From: Patescibacteria group bacterium
GTDB lineage: Bacteria > Patescibacteriota > Minisyncoccia > Phycocordibacterales > UBA1550
Length of the DNA: 64,000 nucleotides
Assembly (NCBI GenBank): GCA_038063615.1
Contig: JBBTUT010000003.1
Span: 1,352-65,351, forward strand
Direction of reading: 5' to 3'
Position numbers and translations under genes: made by a program. The notes under the pieces were generated by a model. It searched no databases. It worked only from the letters and a program-made list of their open reading frames with translations, and was not told where the DNA came from. Each line of letters opens with the position of its first letter. Positions within the stretch are counted from its first letter, which is position 1. Positions 57,021 to 64,000 of this stretch are shown here, in pieces.

Positions 57021-57988
57021 AAAAGACGCTGCTTTCGGGGGTCAAGCCGACGGGTACGGCTCATATCGGCAACTATTTTGGCGCGATGCGCCAGTTTGTG
57101 GATTTTCAGGATGAGTACCGTCAGTTTATTTTTATTGCAAACTATCACGCGCTCACGAGCGTGTCTGATGGCGCGCTTTTGCGCAAGCTTTCGCTCGAGC
57201 TCGCGATGGACTATCTCGCTGTCGGCGTCGACCCGAAAAAAACGACGATGTTCCTCCAGTCTGATGTGCCCGAGGTGACCGAGCTCGCGTGGATATTCAA
57301 CACCATCACGACGGTGCCGTACCTCATGCGCGCGCATGCGTACAAAGACGCCGAGGCGAAAAACAAAGAGGTGAATGTCGGGCTTTTTGATTACCCTATT
57401 CTCATGGCGGCGGATATTTTGATATACGGCGCGGATGTCGTGCCCGTCGGTCTCGACCAGAAACAGCACATCGAGATCGCGCGCGATACGGCGCAAAAAT
57501 TCAATCGCACATTTGGCGAGACATTCACCGTGCCCGAACCACTCATTCTCGAAGAGGTGCAGACTATCATGGGCACCGACGGGCGCAAGATGAGCAAGAG
57601 CTATGGAAACGGGATTGGACTTTTTGCTTCAGATGAGGAGATCCGAAAAGCGGTGATGAGTATCCCGACTGATTCAAAAGGGGTAGAAGAACCGAAAGAC
57701 CCGGAGGTCTGCAAGGTATTTTATTTCCACAAATTGGTGAGTGGCAATGATTTGGAAAGTATCCGCGCACGCTACCTCGCGGGGGGCATTGGGTATAAAG
57801 AGTCGAAAGATATTTTGTTCGAGAATATGCGCGCATTCATCGCGCCGATGCGCGCGCGGAGAGATGAGATCGCGCGCGACCCGGAGGCGGTCATCCGCAT
57901 TCTCCGCGAGGGGGGAGAGGTCGCGCGGGCGGAAGCGCGAAAGAAAATGAATGAGGTGCGGGAGAAGGCGGGGCTGATATTAAAATAA
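57017..57988 (+). CDS. trpS: Tryptophan--tRNA ligase
   Basis: HIGNY, YPILMAADIL, VPVGLDQKQH, KMSKS. Confidence 0.98.
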   Translation: MKKTLLSGVKPTGTAHIGNYFGAMRQFVDFQDEYRQFIFIANYHALTSVSDGALLRKLSLELAMDYLAVGVDPKKTTMFLQSDVPEVTELAWIFNTITTVPYLMRAHAYKDAEAKNKEVNVGLFDYPILMAADILIYGADVVPVGLDQKQHIEIARDTAQKFNRTFGETFTVPEPLILEEVQTIMGTDGRKMSKSYGNGIGLFASDEEIRKAVMSIPTDSKGVEEPKDPEVCKVFYFHKLVSGNDLESIRARYLAGGIGYKESKDILFENMRAFIAPMRARRDEIARDPEAVIRILREGGEVARAEARKKMNEVREKAGLILK

Positions 57989-57993
57989 ATACC

Positions 57994-58257
57994 ATGGGAT
58001 TTTTGGAAAGAATTATAAATAGAACAGAAAAGCTGATCAATCCGAAGCAACATTCGTTCGATATCAAGCAGTCGGCGCAGACAGAGCTCATACAAAAGGC
58101 GGGCGGAGATGATTTCGCGGGGACTTGGATCGATGCGAATGGAAGACGGTTTGAAGAGCTGGTAAATGACCCGAGGTACAACTTTATCGAACGACTGGGG
58201 GATGAGAAGACGCACGCCGAGGCGCTCAAAGAGATAGATAGTAAACTTTATCACTAA
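57994..58257 (+). CDS. Hypothetical protein
   Basis: 87-aa ORF filling the trpS-aspS gap on the same strand. Confidence 0.6.
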   Translation: MGFLERIINRTEKLINPKQHSFDIKQSAQTELIQKAGGDDFAGTWIDANGRRFEELVNDPRYNFIERLGDEKTHAEALKEIDSKLYH

Positions 58258-58265
58258 CGGGGATA

Positions 58266-58313
58266 GAATGTTGAATATCGAATATCGAATATTGAATATG
58301 GAATGGGGAATGG
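58266..58313. repeat. GAATATC/GAATGTT heptamer array
   Basis: Same unit as 4802-4913 and 6127-6210. Confidence 0.85.
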
Positions 58314-58348
58314 GTACGCTAACTTTATTAACTTTACAAACTAAATTC

Positions 58349-59686
58349 ATGGAACGCACATACATAAAAGATTTAAAGGAGCACATAGGTACGGAAGTTG
58401 TTGTCGCTGGCTGGGTGGATATTCGCCGCGACCACGGCAAGCTCATTTTTCTCGACCTCCGCGATATGTCCGGCAAGGTGCAGATGGTAGCGCTCCCGAA
58501 CCATCCCGAGGCTGTAGCTCTCGCCAGCACGGTGCGTTCCGAATGGGTCATCGAGGTGCGCGGCATGGTGAATGCGCGCCCGCCGAAGATGGTGAAAGAG
58601 GGTGTGTTGAATGGCGAGCTTGAGATCGAGATGCTTGAGGTCAAAGTGCTTTGCAAAGCGCAGGAGCTTCCTTTTGAGCTCGGCACAGAACTTAATCTCG
58701 ATACCTATCTCGACAATCTTCCGCTAACGCTTCGCGAAGAAAAAGCGCATGCGGTGTTCAAGGTGCAGGCAATGATTATTCACGCATTCCGTAATTTTCT
58801 CGTTGGCGAGGGCTTCACCGAGTTTCAAGCACCGAAGCTCATTGGTGAGGATGCCGAGGGCGGCGCAAACTCGTTTAATGTGGAATATTTTGGTCATACC
58901 GCGCACCTTGCGCAGAGTCCACAGCTCTACAAACAAATAATGGTCGGCGTGTTTGAGCGCGTGTTTACGACGGGCAATGTATACCGCGCAGAAAAGCACA
59001 GCACAACGCGACATATCAATGAATACACGAGCCTCGACATAGAGATGGGATTCATCAAAGACCATACTGATGTGATGAATATGGAAAATCGAATTCTTGC
59101 CTATATCGTGAAAGAGCTCAAAGAAAAATGCTCTGATGAATTTGCACTTTTTGGTGCCACAATACCCGAAGTGCCGGAGAAAATTCCCGCAATGAAACTC
59201 CGTGAAGCGCAGGAAATCATCAAGAAAGAAACAGGGGAGGACTGCACAAAAGAGCTCGACCTCGAGCCGGCACACGAGCGCTTCCTTTGCGAATATGCGA
59301 AGAAAGAATTCAATTCAGATTTTATTTTTATCACGCATTTCCCAATTTCAAAGCGACCATTCTATACTTATGAGGATGAAAATGACATTGGCTATGCAAA
59401 GGGCGGAGACCTGCTTTTCCGCGGTGTTGAGATCACTACGCTCGCACAACGCATCCACGACTACGACACTCTCGTCGCGTCGATGAAGACAAAAGGCCTC
59501 GACCCTGAAAAATTCCGCTTCTACCTGCAAGCCTTCAAGTATGGTATGCCTCCGCATGGCGGCTTTGGTCTCGGCCTCGAGCGCCTCACCGCAAAGCTCC
59601 TCGGCCTCGAAAATGTGAAAGAAGCGACTTTGTTCCCCCGCGACCTGAATCGGATTGATACCTTGTTGTCGACTAAATTGGGATAA
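58349..59686 (+). CDS. aspS: Aspartate--tRNA ligase, archaeal/short (probably non-discriminating) type
   Basis: RRDHGKLIF, LAQSPQLYKQ, YRAE..RHINE, PPHGGFGLGLER; no GAD insertion. Confidence 0.93.
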   Translation: MERTYIKDLKEHIGTEVVVAGWVDIRRDHGKLIFLDLRDMSGKVQMVALPNHPEAVALASTVRSEWVIEVRGMVNARPPKMVKEGVLNGELEIEMLEVKVLCKAQELPFELGTELNLDTYLDNLPLTLREEKAHAVFKVQAMIIHAFRNFLVGEGFTEFQAPKLIGEDAEGGANSFNVEYFGHTAHLAQSPQLYKQIMVGVFERVFTTGNVYRAEKHSTTRHINEYTSLDIEMGFIKDHTDVMNMENRILAYIVKELKEKCSDEFALFGATIPEVPEKIPAMKLREAQEIIKKETGEDCTKELDLEPAHERFLCEYAKKEFNSDFIFITHFPISKRPFYTYEDENDIGYAKGGDLLFRGVEITTLAQRIHDYDTLVASMKTKGLDPEKFRFYLQAFKYGMPPHGGFGLGLERLTAKLLGLENVKEATLFPRDLNRIDTLLSTKLG

Positions 59687-59708
59687 AGTACCTAACCATG
59701 TTGGTATT

Positions 59709-60254
59709 ATGTTAAACAAAATTAATAAAAACCAAGGAATCCCAGCTCTTTTTGCACTGATCTTGTCTGGCGCAACTTTCTTTTTCTCCGATCAAAAATG
59801 GTGGGTTCTAGTTATTATTATGATAACTATTTTGCTTATGGTCAGTATTCATTTGTATGAAAAAAGGAAGCCAAAAAATTTCAAAGACACACAAAAAGCA
59901 TCTAGAATTCTCTTTGTTGATGACAAGGAGTGTCAAATTGTAACAAATCTACGGCGGAATAATTTTGATGTTAGAAAAATCGATGACATTTTATCACCGG
60001 CGACGGACATTGATGTGCAGTGGGCGAATATAATTTTTGTTGATTATAAAGATGTTGGTAAAAAACTTTGTGGCAAAAAAGAAGGGCTTGGGCTCATCAG
60101 TGAATTGAAGCGTGTTTATGGAGACAAAAAACGCTATATTATTTATTCATCAGTGCAGGATTTTGACGGGCTGGTCGAATTTCCTTATATTAGGAAAAAT
60201 GCCTCTTATGATGAGTTTATTTCATTAATTACCGCAGAAATAACCAAATTATGA
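59709..60254 (+). CDS. Two-TM protein with receiver-like domain
   Basis: ILFVDD..IIFVDY..EGLGLI..IIYS. Confidence 0.65.
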   Translation: MLNKINKNQGIPALFALILSGATFFFSDQKWWVLVIIMITILLMVSIHLYEKRKPKNFKDTQKASRILFVDDKECQIVTNLRRNNFDVRKIDDILSPATDIDVQWANIIFVDYKDVGKKLCGKKEGLGLISELKRVYGDKKRYIIYSSVQDFDGLVEFPYIRKNASYDEFISLITAEITKL

Positions 60255-61252
60255 TTTGCTTGAAGGTTACAGTTCCAACCAGCGGTGTGGTAGTGAATTC
60301 ATTTCCAGATGACTTTACTGTGCCAAAACAAGAAAGTCAAAAGAACAAAAAGTCTCGTTATTTTCGTAAAAATACCTCATTCGGTATTTTGGAATTTTTG
60401 TTGATTGAAGAGGAGAGAGTCGCTAATAGCAATAAGGTCTTCAATGCTTTTGTCGTTGCAATCGAAACGGCGTTAGAAAAATCTATCTCCCATAATTTAG
60501 AAAAAGCTCGGGAGATGGCAGATGATTACCTCCATAATATAATAAAGATCCACGGGAATCAGAAAAGTATAGTAGAACGATGTGTCTTTGGGGCGGAAGG
60601 ACAGGAAAGTTATACCGATTTTGTTTCAGTGGTTAAAGAAAATGTGCAAAGAAACCCTGATATGTTCGCTGAAGATATTTGCGCTCTTTCGAAGGAGATA
60701 AGATTGGTAGATTACCACATCGGTGGCTACAATCTCCTTCGTGACGCATCTTCAAGAGTTACGATTACAGATAACCATAACCTCAAGAAGTTTTTACTCG
60801 GACTTTCTCATTTGTTTTTCGAGTTTTTTAGAAAGAACAATGTGGTGGTGAGTCTTCATGATATTAGCGAAAGTTTTCTTTGCTCCTTTGAATATGAGAC
60901 ATTTAATATTGCAATGCATAGCTTTCTTGAAAACACGGTTAAGTACTCAAAACCCTATTCTAGAATAATAGTTTATACACGGACTGAGTCAGGTGAGTTA
61001 ATATTTCAAATGGAAAGTGTTCGCATTGAGAAAGATGAAATTATTAAGATCTTTGAAAGAGGGGTTTTTGGTCGCTGTGTGCCGGAAGATTTGAGAGGAA
61101 GTGGTATTGGTATGTATCAATTAAAAAAAGCTTTGGATAGGAGTAGGATATCAGTTACTGTTTCTCCGGATCATTCCCAAAGCTCGGAAGTGAACGGAGT
61201 TAGATATACAAAAAATACTTTTTCTTTTCGTTTTCCAAAATACTCGAACTAA
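60251..61252 (+). CDS. HATPase_c (histidine-kinase-like) protein
   Basis: LENTVKYS, IFERG, GSGIGMY; no canonical H-box recognised. Confidence 0.7.
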   Translation: MICLKVTVPTSGVVVNSFPDDFTVPKQESQKNKKSRYFRKNTSFGILEFLLIEEERVANSNKVFNAFVVAIETALEKSISHNLEKAREMADDYLHNIIKIHGNQKSIVERCVFGAEGQESYTDFVSVVKENVQRNPDMFAEDICALSKEIRLVDYHIGGYNLLRDASSRVTITDNHNLKKFLLGLSHLFFEFFRKNNVVVSLHDISESFLCSFEYETFNIAMHSFLENTVKYSKPYSRIIVYTRTESGELIFQMESVRIEKDEIIKIFERGVFGRCVPEDLRGSGIGMYQLKKALDRSRISVTVSPDHSQSSEVNGVRYTKNTFSFRFPKYSN

Positions 61253-61323
61253 GTGCTATTTTATAAGTACTGTTGGTATGTTTTGTATTAAAAAACGATT
61301 GGCGGTATACTGAGCTTGTTAAT

Positions 61324-62985
61324 ATGTCCAAATTAAAAGATACCCCCATTGTTGATAGACCCCGAGAAAAATTCTTGGAAAAGGGTGCCGACGCGCTTAC
61401 CAAGAGCGAGCTTTTGGCCATTCTTCTCGGAAGTGGTATCAAGGGAACGAATGTCAAAAAACTTTCCGAGCAAATTCTCAGAAAATTCGGGAAAAAGTTT
61501 TTTGATGTGACGGTTGACGATCTTTGCCAGGTTAACGGAATAGGGCAGGCGAAAGCTTTGCAAATAGTTTCCGCGATTTCTCTGACAAAAAGAATTTATG
61601 AGGAACAAAAACCTCAAGAAAATCTGGTGCTTTCCGCAAACGATGCCGCTTTGCTTGTTTCCGATTTAAAAAATAAAAAACAGGAGCATCTCGTTTGTTT
61701 GTATTTAAACGCTCGGAATGTTTTGCTTCAAAAAGAAACTGTTTCAATCGGAACGCTCGACAGAAGCATCGTGCATCCGAGAGAAATTTTTGCTCCCGGA
61801 TTGAAATTGCACGCAGCGGGGGTAATTTTGATTCACAACCATCCGTCCGGCGATCCGACTCCAAGCAATCAAGACAAAGAGATTGCTTGGAAAGTCGTGG
61901 AAGCTGGGAAATTGATGGGCGTTAATGTTATTGATTTTATTATTGTTGCGGAAAACGGCATTCACAGTGTTTTGGGTGAAATAAAGAAAAAAAAGGATTT
62001 TTCAAGTGTCGAGTATGTCGCGGACGGCGAGCAAGCGTCTTTGTTCGACATGTTGGTGGATGAAAGATCTTTTATGAGCTACAAAGTGTCAGCACTGCAA
62101 AAAGCGACGAGCAAAAATGACAAAATAAAAGTTATAGATCTGTTCGCGGGGATAGGGGGCTTTCATTTGGCATTTCACAATGCTGGGGCGGAGTGCGTGT
62201 TTGCTTCCGAGTGGGATACTCCGGCGCGTAAAACTTACCAGCATAATCTTTACAACATATCCCCGGAACTTTTTGACTCGGGAAGTTTTGTCGGCGATAT
62301 TACAAAAGTCAATCCAAAAGATATACCCGATTTCAATATTTTATGCGCAGGGTTCCCGTGCCAGCCGTTTTCGCAAGCGGGTTTTAAAAAGGGGTTCAAC
62401 GAAACAAAAGGGACGCTTTTCTTTGATATCGTAAACATAATCAACGAGAAAAAACCCCAAGCGTTTTTCTTAGAAAATGTTCGGCATTTGTTTAAGCACG
62501 ATAACGGTCGCACATTTGAAACAATAAAAAAAATTATTGAAGAAGATTTGGGGTATTCTTTTTTCTATAAAATAATTAAGGCTTCCGACTATGGATTACC
62601 GCAACACAGGCCACGCCTTTTTATGGTTGGGTTCAAAGATAAAAGTATAGATTTTAAGTTTCCGGATCCAGTACCGTTGAAATATACGCTTTCGGATGTT
62701 TTTGGTGGAAAATGCGAAAAAGATGTCGGCTTTACTCTCCGCGTAGGTGGTCGTGGCAGTAGAATTGAGGATAGGCACAACTGGGATGCGTATATTGTTG
62801 ACGGAAAGGCCAGAAGGCTCGGTTCGAAAGAGGGAATAAAGATGCAAGGATTTCCCAACGATTTCGAGTTCCCTGTTACAGAGGTTCAAGCTATGAAGCA
62901 ACTGGGAAATTCTGTTGCGGTTCCCGCCATACAAATGGTGGCGGAGGAAATCGTCAAACAACTTAAAAAACATGGAAAACAATAA
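61324..62985 (+). CDS. RadC(JAB)-DNA cytosine-5 methyltransferase fusion
   Basis: N-half RPREK, VHPREIF, HNHPSG; C-half DLFAGIGG, GFPCQ, LENV, Q.R.R, GNSV. Confidence 0.9.
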   Translation: MSKLKDTPIVDRPREKFLEKGADALTKSELLAILLGSGIKGTNVKKLSEQILRKFGKKFFDVTVDDLCQVNGIGQAKALQIVSAISLTKRIYEEQKPQENLVLSANDAALLVSDLKNKKQEHLVCLYLNARNVLLQKETVSIGTLDRSIVHPREIFAPGLKLHAAGVILIHNHPSGDPTPSNQDKEIAWKVVEAGKLMGVNVIDFIIVAENGIHSVLGEIKKKKDFSSVEYVADGEQASLFDMLVDERSFMSYKVSALQKATSKNDKIKVIDLFAGIGGFHLAFHNAGAECVFASEWDTPARKTYQHNLYNISPELFDSGSFVGDITKVNPKDIPDFNILCAGFPCQPFSQAGFKKGFNETKGTLFFDIVNIINEKKPQAFFLENVRHLFKHDNGRTFETIKKIIEEDLGYSFFYKIIKASDYGLPQHRPRLFMVGFKDKSIDFKFPDPVPLKYTLSDVFGGKCEKDVGFTLRVGGRGSRIEDRHNWDAYIVDGKARRLGSKEGIKMQGFPNDFEFPVTEVQAMKQLGNSVAVPAIQMVAEEIVKQLKKHGKQ

Positions 62986-64000
62986 TACAAAAGCAAACAA
63001 GGGCGAGTGGTCCGAATTCTATGCTTTCCTGAAAATTCTGGAGCAAAAACAACTTCCGGCCGCTGATAAAAATCTTAACCCGATAGCAGGGAAATTTTTC
63101 GTATTTCATAAAGTTATCAGAGAAGAAAAGGATGAGCCGATAAAAATATACGATATTTCCGCTGGGACGGAGATACTTATTACGAGTGAAGACGGTTCCG
63201 TATTAAAGAAAGTTTCAGACGAAAATCTAAACTCAAAAATCTTTAATATTTTTGAGAAAATAAGAAACGGACAGAGCGCATCCTTTGAGATTTCTGAAGC
63301 AAAAGCCGTCATGGAAGAATTTTTGTGCACAAAAGTTAAAGCAAGCAATGATAAAAAAGCCGATATCGTTGCGGTCATTTATGATAGAATCTCCGAAACG
63401 ATGCCGATGTTAGGGTTTTCGGTAAAGTCCATGATTGGCGGTGCATCAACACTACTCAACGCGGGGAAGACGACGAATTTTGTTTTTAAAGTTGGAGGGT
63501 TTAGCGGGGAAATTGGAGAAGTAAACGGTATCGACAGTAAGTCAAAAATCAGAGATCGCCTGTCCGCAATTATTGAGAAAGGTGGGGTTTTGTCGTTTGA
63601 TCATGTTTTGAGTGAGGCGTTTGCCTCGAATCTGAAAAACATAGATACCGCTTTTCCGAAATTTGTTGCGCAAATGCTACTCGATTTTTTTCTCGGAAAA
63701 GAGTCAACGGTTAGCGGGCTTATAAATGAACTGACAAAAAATAGCGAATTCAACAAAGAGTTCGGGCTTTCTCTTTCCGGTTATGAACTGAAGTTTAAAA
63801 ACTTTCTTGATGCGATTGCGCTCGGTATGGTGCCAAGCGTGGAATGGGACGGGTTTACGAAGGCGCACGGCGGATATATTGTAGTAAAAGAAAACGGCGA
63901 TGTCCTCTGTTACCACCTCTACAATAGAGACGAATTTCGCTCCTACCTGTATGAAAATACAAAATTTGAAAGTGCAAGCAGTACGAGACATGATTATGGA
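62972..64000 (+). CDS. HpaII-family type II restriction endonuclease (3' end outside window; not in ORF track)
   Basis: Manual translation MENNNTKANKGEWSEFYAFLKIL..KADI..LGFSVKS..STLLNAGKTTNF..ALGMVP; overlaps the MTase end. Confidence 0.85.
   Translation, partial: MENNNTKANKGEWSEFYAFLKILEQKQLPAADKNLNPIAGKFFVFHKVIREEKDEPIKIYDISAGTEILITSEDGSVLKKVSDENLNSKIFNIFEKIRNGQSASFEISEAKAVMEEFLCTKVKASNDKKADIVAVIYDRISETMPMLGFSVKSMIGGASTLLNAGKTTNFVFKVGGFSGEIGEVNGIDSKSKIRDRLSAIIEKGGVLSFDHVLSEAFASNLKNIDTAFPKFVAQMLLDFFLGKESTVSGLINELTKNSEFNKEFGLSLSGYELKFKNFLDAIALGMVPSVEWDGFTKAHGGYIVVKENGDVLCYHLYNRDEFRSYLYENTKFESASSTRHDYG

Noticed and set aside
1-64000. tRNA or rRNA genes
   Set aside because: No cloverleaf or rRNA-like segment recognised by eye; tRNAscan-SE would be needed to exclude them formally.

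Overview
The window looks like a Patescibacteria/CPR (Parcubacteria-like) chromosome segment. This is inferred from the short AlaRS and L13, archaeal-type AspRS, DUF5674, and -10 boxes placed just before start codons without Shine-Dalgarno (SD) motifs. The core genes are leuS (partial), mltG, mnmA, alaS, infA-rpmJ-rpsM-rpsK-rpsD-rpoA-rplQ-rplM-rpsI, grpE-dnaK-dnaJ, eno, trpS and aspS. Three accessory zones interrupt them: a defence/TA zone (18-24.7 kb), an AT-richer island (34.5-52 kb) and a terminal restriction-modification locus (59.7-64 kb). Most notable observations: (1) an 11-kb block bounded by an exact 54-bp direct repeat, encoding radical SAM, MTAP, ABC-F, MBL hydrolase, an anticodon-less AsnRS-like enzyme, a methyltransferase, an MccF-type S66 peptidase and two LysRS paralogues, a candidate aminoacyl-nucleotide biosynthesis/resistance cluster; (2) a small GIY-YIG element and a gene-less relative, both with CCCGTTAG..CTAACGGG ends, inserted at duplicated ATGAA start codons of trpS and eno; (3) a duplicated promoter plus tandem structured leader ahead of two DUF397-like peptides; (4) a promoter-driven hairpin RNA antisense to the 3' end of a NYN nuclease gene, with a second orphan copy; (5) a peptide with five aromatic-X-Asp motifs next to a radical SAM/SPASM gene truncated at a RAYT element. 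All functional calls come from motif recognition only; no database searches were run.
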